64,000 bases of DNA from Candidatus Saccharimonadota bacterium (GTDB lineage Bacteria > Patescibacteriota > Saccharimonadia > Saccharimonadales > SLHW01), in the NCBI GenBank assembly GCA_024635455.1, contig JAGXIU010000003.1:226446-290445 (forward strand), in the 5' to 3' direction. The stretch's first letter is position 1. Each line of letters opens with the position of its first letter. Position numbers and translations under genes: made by a program. The notes beneath the pieces were generated by a model. The model ran no database searches, had not been told where the DNA came from, and saw only the letters and a list, made by a program, of their open reading frames with translations. Positions 48,248 to 57,640 of this stretch are shown here, in pieces.

Positions 48248-50767
48248 CTAAGATACAGGTTGAACTTTATCGTGACGAGCATTACCTGTCTCGGTTTTAA
48301 CCTTAAATACCGGTTCGTGCTTGCGGGCGCTCATCTGAATGATGTCTCCGCGCTCTGCATTTCCCTCCAGTAAAGCAACTGCAACGTAATCCTCAACTGT
48401 ATCAGCTAGCAATCGGCGCATTGGGCGTACGCCATTATGTGGATCATAGCCCTTCTCGAGTAAGTACCGCTTACCAGTTGTAGTGACCTCTAGGCCAAGG
48501 CCGTGCTTCAGCAGACGTTCTCGCAAATCTTTTAGCTGCAGTTCGAGTATCTTCTGAACGTTCTTTTTCGTCAGTGCACGAAATACAATCGTTTTATCAA
48601 TACGGTTGAGCAGCTCTGGCCGAAGCATATTCTTGAGTTCGTCCAAGGCTTTTTCTTTATTCGATTCATGTAGTACATCGAGGTTTTCAACATCTTTTGG
48701 TGATTCTGCACTGAATCCAAGCGATGCTTCCTTTTGCAACTTCTCTGCCCCGACGTTACTCGTCATTATGATGATGGTATTGGTAAAGTCGATTTTTCTC
48801 CCCTTCGCATCAGTCAACACGCCGTCCTCAAGTATCTGCAGGAGCATGTGGAAGAAATCAGGGTGAGCTTTCTCTATCTCATCAAACAAGACAAGGCTAT
48901 AGGGCTGTCGGCGAACCTTATCAGTTAGTTGTCCACCGTCATCATACCCAACAAAACCTGCAGGAGCACCCACCAACCGTGAGGTTGTATGACGCTCAGC
49001 AAACTCACTCATATCAATCTTGACTAGTGCCTCGCTGCCACCAAAAAATTCGTTGGCCAGTGTACGGGCCAATTCTGTCTTTCCCACACCAGTTGGGCCA
49101 AGAAAGATGAATGAACCAATTGGACGCTGCTCAGCGCTAATCCCGGTACGGTTCCGTCGGATCGCCTTGGATACAGCAGTAACTGCCTCAGATTGGCCAA
49201 TAATATTTGAGGAAAGGTTTTTCTCAAGGTTTATCAAATACTTCGCTTCGGATTTGATGACCTTTTGTACTGGCACACCGGTAATACGAGATACAACCTC
49301 CGCAACATGCTCGCTATTTAGCTTGAGACTTTTTGCTGCGCTCGTTTTCTTTTCGAGTACACGAAGCTCCTCCTGAATACGACTTGATTTGGTTTTATAG
49401 ACAGCTGCCTTTTCGTAATTCTCCGCATCAGCTGCTTCTTCTCTCCTCAGATTAATGAGTTGAAGTTCTTTTCGTAAATCACGCACCTTTGATGGTGTCT
49501 TACCCTTATCTACGCGAACGTGAGCTGCTGTCTCGTCCAGCAAGTCAATGGCCTTGTCTGGCATGAATCTGTCGTTGATGTAGCGCTTCGCCAGCGCAAC
49601 AGTGTTCTCGATCAACTCATCGCTAATCTCGACGTTATGATACTGCTCATAGTGCTTTCGTAGGCCTTTGAGTATTGCTACCGTTTCTGCCTCATTTGTT
49701 TCTGGAACTTGAATTGGCTGAAAGCGGCGTTCAAGCGCAACGTCTTTTTCTATATGCTTCGTGTATTCCTGAGTTGTAGTAGCACCAATCACCTGAATCT
49801 TACCGCGCGATAAGGCTGGCTTGAGTATATTACCGGCATCCATTGATCCCTCTGCCGATCCAGCGCCAACGATAAGATGAAGCTCATCAATAAAGAGAAT
49901 TACATGCTCATCGTCTTCCACCTCTTTCATGACTTTTTTCAGTCTATCCTCGAACTCACCACGATATTTTGTACCGGCGACCATAGCCGCAAGATCAAGC
50001 GTAATAATTCGTTTATCTAAGAGAGAATCAGGGACATCTTCGGACACAACGCGCTGAGCTAACCCCTCGACGATTGCCGTTTTACCAACGCCAGGTTCTC
50101 CTATTAATACCGGGTTGTTCTTGGTGCGACGGTTAAGAATAGTTATGACGCGTCGAATTTGATTTTCTCGCCCAACAACTGGATCAAGTGTACTATTCCG
50201 AGCTTCCTCAGTTAAGTCGGTACCAAAGTAATCGAGCAAAGTTTTCTTACGCTTCTTACTTCGCTTACTATTGAGCTTCTGTGCTATGTCATCGCCATCA
50301 TACTGTTGTTTGTTAAGAAACTGTTCGAGGTCCTGCACTAAGCCATCAACGTCTATGCTCATATCTTGCAGTAAGGTTGTCGCCCGAGCGTTTTTTTGCG
50401 TCAAAATACTGTAGAGAATGTGCTCGGTGCCACAGTAATCTTGGTTATAATCTTGAGCAATTTCATATGCCATCTTGAGCGTTAGCTTTGCTGTCTCACT
50501 CAAACCCTTTGAACCCATGTTCAAAACAAGGGTTTTTGGCGTAAGGTTCAACGCCATACGGGCACGGTCAAGCGTAATGCCAGCTCCTTCGAGCAACTTT
50601 GAGCCCATGCTCGATTGCTGGGCTAGCACACCAAGCAAAAGGTGTTCTGTACCAATATAAGCACTGCCGAAACTACGCGCAATTGTAGTAGCATGGTGCA
50701 AACTCGCCTGCGCATTGTCAGTTAGGTTGTGTAAAAAATCTTGAAAATCTGGTGAATTAGGCATCAT
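48248..50767 (-). CDS. clpC: ClpC-type AAA+ chaperone
   Basis: Clp-N repeats (TEHLLLG), two Walker A motifs ([16 protein letters not shown]), short M-domain, LGF ClpP-binding loop. Confidence 0.93.
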   Translation of the reverse strand: MMPNSPDFQDFLHNLTDNAQASLHHATTIARSFGSAYIGTEHLLLGVLAQQSSMGSKLLEGAGITLDRARMALNLTPKTLVLNMGSKGLSETAKLTLKMAYEIAQDYNQDYCGTEHILYSILTQKNARATTLLQDMSIDVDGLVQDLEQFLNKQQYDGDDIAQKLNSKRSKKRKKTLLDYFGTDLTEEARNSTLDPVVGRENQIRRVITILNRRTKNNPVLIGEPGVGKTAIVEGLAQRVVSEDVPDSLLDKRIITLDLAAMVAGTKYRGEFEDRLKKVMKEVEDDEHVILFIDELHLIVGAGSAEGSMDAGNILKPALSRGKIQVIGATTTQEYTKHIEKDVALERRFQPIQVPETNEAETVAILKGLRKHYEQYHNVEISDELIENTVALAKRYINDRFMPDKAIDLLDETAAHVRVDKGKTPSKVRDLRKELQLINLRREEAADAENYEKAAVYKTKSSRIQEELRVLEKKTSAAKSLKLNSEHVAEVVSRITGVPVQKVIKSEAKYLINLEKNLSSNIIGQSEAVTAVSKAIRRNRTGISAEQRPIGSFIFLGPTGVGKTELARTLANEFFGGSEALVKIDMSEFAERHTTSRLVGAPAGFVGYDDGGQLTDKVRRQPYSLVLFDEIEKAHPDFFHMLLQILEDGVLTDAKGRKIDFTNTIIIMTSNVGAEKLQKEASLGFSAESPKDVENLDVLHESNKEKALDELKNMLRPELLNRIDKTIVFRALTKKNVQKILELQLKDLRERLLKHGLGLEVTTTGKRYLLEKGYDPHNGVRPMRRLLADTVEDYVAVALLEGNAERGDIIQMSARKHEPVFKVKTETGNARHDKVQPVS

Positions 50768-50835
50768 TGTTTTTGTCGCCCTCGCTTATTACGTTGTCAT
50801 GCACCGTGCTATTGGGCATACTTACATAATAGCAC

Positions 50836-50862
50836 TTAGCACTCTCAGGTCAAGAGTGCTAA
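50836..50862. promoter_or_regulatory. Perfect CIRCE (HrcA operator) overlapping the clpC promoter
   Basis: TTAGCACTC-TCAGGTCAA-GAGTGCTAA; TTGACC-N16-TATTAT on the minus strand. Confidence 0.92.
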
Positions 50863-50925
50863 GTTACTGAAAAGATACAATCGTGCTATTTATAGCATAC
50901 TACATTATTGTAGTAAAGTCAATGC

Positions 50926-52182
50926 CTATTGCCCATGCTCTTCGATTGCGTCCAGTAGTGAGCTTTCGAGTTCTGACTTTTTCTTAAGCTTCTGTACAAC
51001 TTGGCGAGACTCAGGTGTTGATTTTTCACTGTTATTCTCAGCTTTTTTTGGTTGCTTGTCTTGTTCGCTCTTCTGTTGGTCATTATTTTCTTGCGTATTC
51101 TTCTGCTTATCTTCTGGTTGCATATCTGCCTCCTCTTTCTCTTCATTTTCAGTTTCTGATGCGATATCTAGCTCATAGCCAGTAAGCTTCGACGCAAGCC
51201 GGACATTCTGTCCGCTTCGTCCGATTGCAATGCTTAGCTGATCTTCAGGCACAATAACCTTTGCTTTACTATCTTTAATTTCTACTTCAGTAACCTTTGT
51301 TGGACTGAGTGCGTTAATGATGTAAGTCTTTGGATCTTCGGACCATACGACGATATCAATCTTTTCTTGTTCCCCGATCTCACTCATGACTGCATTGACA
51401 CGAGTGCCATGTCCGCCAACAAAAGTACCTACTGGGTCAACACCCTGGACGCTACTAGCGACTGCTAACTTGGTTCGGACACCAGCTTCACGGGCGATTT
51501 CTTTTATCTCAACCGCACCACCTTCCATCTCTGGTACTTCATTACGGAATAACCACTCCACGAATGCAGTGTTGCCACGGCTCACCACGAGCTGCGGACC
51601 GCGAAAACCACGCTCCACGTCCTTCAGAAACACTTTTAGACGCTGACCTGGATGGTAGCGTTCGCCTTGAATCTGCTCGCTGCGCGGCATAATACCTTGC
51701 GCTTTGCCAAGATCAACCCGCACAATATTACCTTCGACTCGAGAGACAATAGCATTAATAAGTGTGCCGATCTTGTCTTCATACTCATTGAGAATAATCT
51801 CACGCTCCGCTTCACGTAAACGTTGAAGCACCACTTGCTTAGCAGTTTGAGCTGCCACCCGACCGAAATCTTTCAAGTCTTGATGGACTTCAATTAAGTC
51901 ACCTTCTTTAGCATCTTTTTTCATAACTTTGGCGTCTGACAAGCTAATTTCAGAACGTTCATGCTCAACCTGCTTGACGACTTCTTTGCTTGCATAAATA
52001 TCGACATCACCGTTGTTTAGGTTGATGGTTACTCGAACTTCTTGCTCTCGATCACCATGATCGCGCCGATAAGCTGCTGCTAAAGCTTGTTCGACAACTT
52101 CTTTTACGGCATCTTCTTCGAGGCTTTTCTCCTCAGCAATTGCTCGTACCGCAGTAGCAATTTGTTTAAAGTCAAAATCCAT
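50926..52182 (-). CDS. nusA: Transcription termination factor NusA
   Basis: FGRVAAQTAKQV, S1 domain, AREAGVRTK, AIGRSGQNVRLA; acidic tail. Confidence 0.96.
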   Translation of the reverse strand: MDFDFKQIATAVRAIAEEKSLEEDAVKEVVEQALAAAYRRDHGDREQEVRVTINLNNGDVDIYASKEVVKQVEHERSEISLSDAKVMKKDAKEGDLIEVHQDLKDFGRVAAQTAKQVVLQRLREAEREIILNEYEDKIGTLINAIVSRVEGNIVRVDLGKAQGIMPRSEQIQGERYHPGQRLKVFLKDVERGFRGPQLVVSRGNTAFVEWLFRNEVPEMEGGAVEIKEIAREAGVRTKLAVASSVQGVDPVGTFVGGHGTRVNAVMSEIGEQEKIDIVVWSEDPKTYIINALSPTKVTEVEIKDSKAKVIVPEDQLSIAIGRSGQNVRLASKLTGYELDIASETENEEKEEADMQPEDKQKNTQENNDQQKSEQDKQPKKAENNSEKSTPESRQVVQKLKKKSELESSLLDAIEEHGQ

Positions 52183-52214
52183 ATTATCTCTCTTTCTTTA
52201 TGGTTCATCCTATG

Positions 52215-52242
52215 AAAAAATCCGACCATAATATGGCCGGAT
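52215..52242 (-). terminator. Terminator-like hairpin inside the nusA 5' leader
   Basis: ATCCGGCCATA-TT-ATGGTCGGAT followed by a T-tract, downstream of TTGACT-N17-TAATAT (52254-52282). Confidence 0.72.
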
Positions 52243-52322
52243 CAGTCGCTAACATATTATCCTACAAATGCATGAAAGTCAATGTGTTTTTATATTATTT
52301 CATCTGTTAGAATGAACATAAT

Positions 52323-54941
52323 ATGGGAAAACAAGTAAAACACCTACTAGCATATTTTCAGCCCAAGCATTACAACTTGCAGCTTGATCTAGATAAATCG
52401 GAAATGACATTTCGTGGCGAGCTCCAGTTGACTGGGAAAAAAGTCGGTAGACCGACAAAGCGTATTACACTACACCAAAACGGACTCACGGTGAGTAAGG
52501 CGTTTATTCTTAAAACCGATAAAGGCTCAACTCATGAGGTACCGGTAACTCGCATTGTGAAGCAAGACTCATTCGATGAGGTCCGCTTACACACCGATGA
52601 ACAGCTTTACCCGGGAAACTACACTATAAAGCTCGAGTTTTCAGGAGATATTACCCAACAAATGAATGGCGTATACCCATGTAACTTCATGCACGACGGG
52701 CAAAAGAAACAACTACTCGCGACTCAGTTCGAGAGCCACCATGCAAGAGAAGTGTTCCCTTGCATCGACGAGCCTGCCGCCAAGGCAACCTTCAGCCTTA
52801 AGCTTTCGACTGATACTGACGAAACCGTTCTATCCAATACGCCGATTGAAGATCAAAAAACCAAAGGAAATCGACTCATTACCCAGTTTGAAAAAACACC
52901 GATTATGAGCACCTACTTGTTAGCGTTTGTCGTAGGAGAGATGGATTACAAAGAGACAAAAACGAATGCTGGTGTCGTCATCCGTGGCTACACCACTCCT
53001 GATAATGTTGACTATGTTGATTTTGCACTAGACGTTGCTAGGCAGTGCATAGAGTTCTATGATGAATACTTTGCAATATCATATCCATTAGAAAAATGTG
53101 ATTTGATCGCCTTGCCTGATTTCTCATCTGGTGCGATGGAGAATTGGGGTTGTATAACCTTCCGTGAGCAAACCTTACTGGTGGATCCAGCGCACACTGC
53201 TCTTTCGACCAAGCAATATGTTGCCATGGTTGTAGCGCATGAGTTAGCCCACCAATGGTTTGGTAACCTCGTCACCATGCGATGGTGGACTGACCTATGG
53301 CTCAACGAGGGATTCGCTAGTTGGATTGAGTTCTTGGCGATCGACACGCTATTTCCCGACTGGGATATGTGGACGCAGTTTACCTCGAGCGAGCAGCAGC
53401 AAGCTATGCGGCTCGACACCCTAGAGCACACACACCCTGTAGAAGTACCAGTCAACAGTCCGGATGAAATCCGTACAATCTTTGATGCAATCAGCTACAG
53501 CAAGGGCGCCAGCGTAATCCATATGCTCCATGAATATCTCGGACCGAAAGATTTTCGTATTGGGCTACAGCATTATCTTAAATCCCATGCCTATAGCAAT
53601 ACTGATACAGTTGATCTATGGCAGGCTCTCGAGGATAGTAGTCACAAGCCGGTTCGTGCATTTATGCATGACTGGACATCGCAGACTGGCTATCCAGTTG
53701 TACGTGCGGATGTGGATCTGCCAAACGTAACGCTACGACAACACCGTTTTATGACCAACCCAGAAAAAGGTGAAACCAGTAAAACACTTTGGCCAATCCC
53801 GCTTCTGCTTCCAGAGCTTCCCGATGAAGATACCCTTGAAGACAAAAAAACCAAACTTACCTATACTTCCGATGAAATCTTTAAACTAAACCACGGTCAG
53901 AGTGGTTTTTATCGAACCGTATACAATAACAGCCACTTGCATACTCTCGGTAGTTACGTAAAGAAAGGGCGACTGAAGCCATTGGATAGAATCGGTATCC
54001 TGTCTGATGCGTTTGAGGCAGCACGGTACGGGTATTCAGATACGACTGAAGTAATCGCATTGCTAGAAAACTTCTTCGAGGAAGACAGTTACGCTGTTTG
54101 GGAAATTATCACAAGCTGGATTGGCTCGTTACGACTTGTCATGGACGACGAGGAATTACGCGAAGCCATTAAACCGTTTGTTCGAGCATTGATTGCGTCA
54201 CAGCTAAAGCGTTTAGGCTGGGAACAGAAAGATGCTGATAGTCACTTTGATAGATTGTTGCGTCCAATTATTATTGGCATGGCGGCTTCAGCTGACGAAG
54301 CTTGGGTAGTAGAAAAGTGCCAGGAGTTATTTGATAGCGTCGATACAGCCAATGATCTGCGAGCAGACTTAGGTACTGTACCGAGTAGTAAAAAGATAAA
54401 GCGTGGGCTCATTCACCCAGACTTACGCGGCGCGGTCTTTGGGACCGTCGCAAAAAGAGGTGACAAAGCAACCTTTGACAAGTTAGTCCGCATGCATAAC
54501 AAAGCTCACTTAAGCGAAGAAAAAACTACACTTGCCGCAGCCATCACCTCGTTTCAGCAACCAGAACTAATATCCGAATCGCTGAAAATGATTCGATCTT
54601 CAGATGTGCGCCTACAAGACGTTTCCTATTGGATAATCTATAGTTTCATGAACCGTCACGCCAAACAGCAGACTTGGCAATGGCTTAAAGATAACTGGTC
54701 GTGGCTTGAAGAGAACTTTTCGAACGATCTGAGCTTCTATCGAATGCCCCTATACGTTGCAAGAGCCTTCAGCGATGTGTCATTTCGGCCTGAGTTCGAA
54801 GCTTTCTTCACGAGCAAAATGAGTGGCGGATTAGAGCGCTCTTACAAGCAATCCCTGGAAATGCTCGACTGGCAGGCAGCCTGGAAGAAACGCAGTTTGA
54901 AAACTACCAAGCACTACTTTACGTCCAAATATCGTCAATAA
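52323..54941 (+). CDS. pepN: M1-family aminopeptidase N (ERAP1-like C-terminus)
   Basis: TQFE, FPCIDEP, GAMENWG, HELAH..LNEG, YSKG. Confidence 0.94.
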   Translation: MGKQVKHLLAYFQPKHYNLQLDLDKSEMTFRGELQLTGKKVGRPTKRITLHQNGLTVSKAFILKTDKGSTHEVPVTRIVKQDSFDEVRLHTDEQLYPGNYTIKLEFSGDITQQMNGVYPCNFMHDGQKKQLLATQFESHHAREVFPCIDEPAAKATFSLKLSTDTDETVLSNTPIEDQKTKGNRLITQFEKTPIMSTYLLAFVVGEMDYKETKTNAGVVIRGYTTPDNVDYVDFALDVARQCIEFYDEYFAISYPLEKCDLIALPDFSSGAMENWGCITFREQTLLVDPAHTALSTKQYVAMVVAHELAHQWFGNLVTMRWWTDLWLNEGFASWIEFLAIDTLFPDWDMWTQFTSSEQQQAMRLDTLEHTHPVEVPVNSPDEIRTIFDAISYSKGASVIHMLHEYLGPKDFRIGLQHYLKSHAYSNTDTVDLWQALEDSSHKPVRAFMHDWTSQTGYPVVRADVDLPNVTLRQHRFMTNPEKGETSKTLWPIPLLLPELPDEDTLEDKKTKLTYTSDEIFKLNHGQSGFYRTVYNNSHLHTLGSYVKKGRLKPLDRIGILSDAFEAARYGYSDTTEVIALLENFFEEDSYAVWEIITSWIGSLRLVMDDEELREAIKPFVRALIASQLKRLGWEQKDADSHFDRLLRPIIIGMAASADEAWVVEKCQELFDSVDTANDLRADLGTVPSSKKIKRGLIHPDLRGAVFGTVAKRGDKATFDKLVRMHNKAHLSEEKTTLAAAITSFQQPELISESLKMIRSSDVRLQDVSYWIIYSFMNRHAKQQTWQWLKDNWSWLEENFSNDLSFYRMPLYVARAFSDVSFRPEFEAFFTSKMSGGLERSYKQSLEMLDWQAAWKKRSLKTTKHYFTSKYRQ

Positions 54942-55257
54942 AATCTACATCTGAACCGTCGACTGATATAACCGCCAACTGGTACTGTCCACGGTAGCTA
55001 TGCTCCTGTACCCAAGACTGTGCGGCATATACCATCTGCTTGAGTTTTGTATCTGTAACGTACTGGGCACCACTGCCCTGACTCATACTTGAGCGCCGCT
55101 TAACCTCAACGAAATACAGACGGCGCTTTCGTTTGGCGATGATATCAATCTCATAACGAGCAGTACGGTAGTTCCTATGTAGTATCTTGAATTTATTCCC
55201 TCGTAAATACTGCTCGGCAATATCTTCGCCGTAAATTCCAGAATCAGTAGACTTCAT
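54919..55257 (-). CDS. yraN: YraN-family (UPF0102) nuclease-like protein
   Basis: GEDIA, NYR, EIDIIA, FVEVK. Confidence 0.88.
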   Translation of the reverse strand: MKSTDSGIYGEDIAEQYLRGNKFKILHRNYRTARYEIDIIAKRKRRLYFVEVKRRSSMSQGSGAQYVTDTKLKQMVYAAQSWVQEHSYRGQYQLAVISVDGSDVDFIDDIWT

Positions 55258-55823
55258 GATAATCCTTTAAGGAGTTGCTTGATTGGTTTAAACGACACAC
55301 GGTGTATGTCAGAAACACCGTGATCGAGCAAAGCCTGCCTATGTTGAGCTGTCCCATAACCGACGTGTGAGGCAAAACCGTAGCAGTCGTACTTTGTATC
55401 CAGCTCTTGCATGTACGTATCGCGGGCTACTTTTGCAACGATACTACTCGCGCTTACTGCTGGAATGGAGCCGTCAGCTCGTACAATTGCCTTCGTCTTC
55501 TTTGGCGTCAGTCCATCAAGAAAGTTATAAGATCCATCAATGATGATTTCGTCATACAGATGTTTGTCTATTTGATTCAATGCTCGCTGCATGGCCAAAC
55601 GAACCGATTGCGTCAGGCCGAGATTATCGACTTCTCGTGATGAGACCCAGCCCAAGCCAACACTTGCTGAATCGTTAATCAAATCAGCCATAAACTGTCG
55701 TGACTTAGCAGAAAGCTTTTTAGAATCTTGTAAGCCCGGAACCTCAGCATGCAATACTACTGCACCCGCTACGAGCGGTCCAGCCCAACATCCGCGACCT
55801 ACTTCATCAATGCCAACAATCAT
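55254..55823 (-). CDS. rnhB: Ribonuclease HII
   Basis: GIDEVGRG, DSKKL, IIDG, ASIVAKVARD, HVGYGT, HRVSF. Confidence 0.96.
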   Translation of the reverse strand: MIVGIDEVGRGCWAGPLVAGAVVLHAEVPGLQDSKKLSAKSRQFMADLINDSASVGLGWVSSREVDNLGLTQSVRLAMQRALNQIDKHLYDEIIIDGSYNFLDGLTPKKTKAIVRADGSIPAVSASSIVAKVARDTYMQELDTKYDCYGFASHVGYGTAQHRQALLDHGVSDIHRVSFKPIKQLLKGLS

Positions 55824-55840
55824 ATATCTAGTATAGTATC

Positions 55841-55876
55841 AAAAAAGTGTCCGCTTTTATCAGCAGGACACTTTTT
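55841..55876 (-). terminator. Terminator after rplS
   Basis: AAAAAGTGTCC...GGACACTTTTTT hairpin. Confidence 0.7.
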
Positions 55877-55910
55877 AAACGTACGTAAGCTTCTCAACTA
55901 AATGATTATG

Positions 55911-56381
55911 CTATTTGTCGTTGACTTCTGTTGTCTCTTTTTCTGCTTCAGCTGGCTTTTCATCAGCTGTTGAAGTTGTCTTTTCTTCGACCTCTTCCAC
56001 TTCTGGTGGCTCTGCATTAATAGCTTCTCTGTCGAAAGCAACACCGCTTAGCCGGGCTGATTTACCTGTTCGATCGCGCATATAGCTTAAATAGTTGCGT
56101 CGAACTTTGCTCCGTTTGACAACTTCAATTTTAGCAACTAAGGGGCTGTGTAATAGAAAGCTCTTTTCGACACCAACACCTCCACTGACACGACGTACAG
56201 TTACTCGACTGGTGTGGCTTTGTTTCCGGGTGATACGAATTACCAAACCTTGAAATATCTGGATACGCTCTTTGTTCCCTTCACGAATTTTCTGATGCAC
56301 CTTAACAGTGTCACCGGGTCGAATGTCCGTGATGTGCGCTTTTTTGTACTTACCTTGGATTTTCTCAATAACTGATTGCAT
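55911..56381 (-). CDS. rplS: 50S ribosomal protein L19
   Basis: [29 protein letters not shown]. Confidence 0.96.
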   Translation of the reverse strand: MQSVIEKIQGKYKKAHITDIRPGDTVKVHQKIREGNKERIQIFQGLVIRITRKQSHTSRVTVRRVSGGVGVEKSFLLHSPLVAKIEVVKRSKVRRNYLSYMRDRTGKSARLSGVAFDREAINAEPPEVEEVEEKTTSTADEKPAEAEKETTEVNDK

Positions 56382-56482
56382 AACGTGGTTATACTATACG
56401 AGAATTGAACGAGGGTCAAGTATGGATTTAGAGGTTTTATTAAAAAGTACGATAATTAGCAGAATTTGTGTACTATAGATGC

Positions 56483-57628
56483 ATGACGAATAAAAAAGAC
56501 ATTGGGGCACAAGCACTAGATAAACATGCTGAGTTCCGCGGTAAGATTCAAATATCATTGAAAGACAAGATAGACGACATCAGCAAGTTGAGTTTATACT
56601 ACACACCCGGTGTCGGAACAGTGTCTGGATATACGGCAAAACATCCAGATGAAACCCGTAACTATACCTGGCTACACAACAATGTTGCAGTCATCAGCGA
56701 TGGTTCAGCCGTACTTGGCCTCGGAAACATTGGTCCATACGGTGCCCTTCCTGTGATGGAGGGGAAGGCTATGCTCTTTAAGCATTTTGCCGACATTGAT
56801 GCTGTGCCGATTGTACTAAATGTCCATAGCGCTGACGAGATAGTTGCTGCAGTAGAGGCTATCGCACCAAGTTTTGGCGGTATTAACCTTGAAGATATCG
56901 CGGCACCACTTTGTTTTGAGATTGAAGAACGGTTGAAAAAAAGCTTGCCGATTCCCGTATTTCACGATGACCAACATGGTACAGCAATCGTTGTATTGGC
57001 TGGCCTCATTAACGCTATGAAGATTACTGGCCGAAAGCTAGAAGATGCAAAGATTGTTATAGCTGGCGCAGGTGCTGCTGGTACTGCGATTATTAAATTA
57101 CTGCACCAGTATGCTAAGCCGAGTATGTTTGTGGTCGACAGCAAGGGTGTCGTAAGCCCCAACCGGAAGGATTTAAACGAAGGAAAGAAACAGCTCTTAG
57201 AATATACGAATCCGTCAGGCGTTGATGGCTCACTTGAAGACATCATAAAGGGTTCAGATATATTCATCGGCGTATCTCAAGCTGGGCTGCTCACACAAGA
57301 TATGGTCAGGTCTATGCATAAAGATCCGATTATATTCGCAATGGCGAACCCTACACCAGAAATCATGCCAGATGAAGCTAAAAAAGCCGGCGTACGTATA
57401 ATGGCTACGGGACGATCTGACTTCCCAAATCAAATCAATAATGCAGTTTGTTTTCCTGGTGTGTTCCGCGGCGCGCTTGACAACCAAGTCTCAAATATTA
57501 CCGATGCGCACAAGCGTGCAGCTGCAGAAGTAATCGCAAATCTTGTCAAAAATCCTACGCCTGAGTTCATTATCCCAAGTATTATGGACGAACGCCTCGT
57601 ACCTGCTATTGCAGATATTATTCGATAA
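56483..57628 (+). CDS. NAD(P)-dependent malic enzyme
   Basis: YTPGV, DGSAVLGLGNIG, PVMEGKA, INLEDI, FHDDQHGTA, GAGAAG, ATGRSDFPNQINN; start at MTNKK. Confidence 0.93.
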   Translation: MTNKKDIGAQALDKHAEFRGKIQISLKDKIDDISKLSLYYTPGVGTVSGYTAKHPDETRNYTWLHNNVAVISDGSAVLGLGNIGPYGALPVMEGKAMLFKHFADIDAVPIVLNVHSADEIVAAVEAIAPSFGGINLEDIAAPLCFEIEERLKKSLPIPVFHDDQHGTAIVVLAGLINAMKITGRKLEDAKIVIAGAGAAGTAIIKLLHQYAKPSMFVVDSKGVVSPNRKDLNEGKKQLLEYTNPSGVDGSLEDIIKGSDIFIGVSQAGLLTQDMVRSMHKDPIIFAMANPTPEIMPDEAKKAGVRIMATGRSDFPNQINNAVCFPGVFRGALDNQVSNITDAHKRAAAEVIANLVKNPTPEFIIPSIMDERLVPAIADIIR

Positions 57629-57640
57629 TAGTTAAGCAAT

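Noticed and set aside
54919..54941. 23-nt convergent overlap of pepN and yraN
   Set aside because: Ordinary compaction in a streamlined genome.
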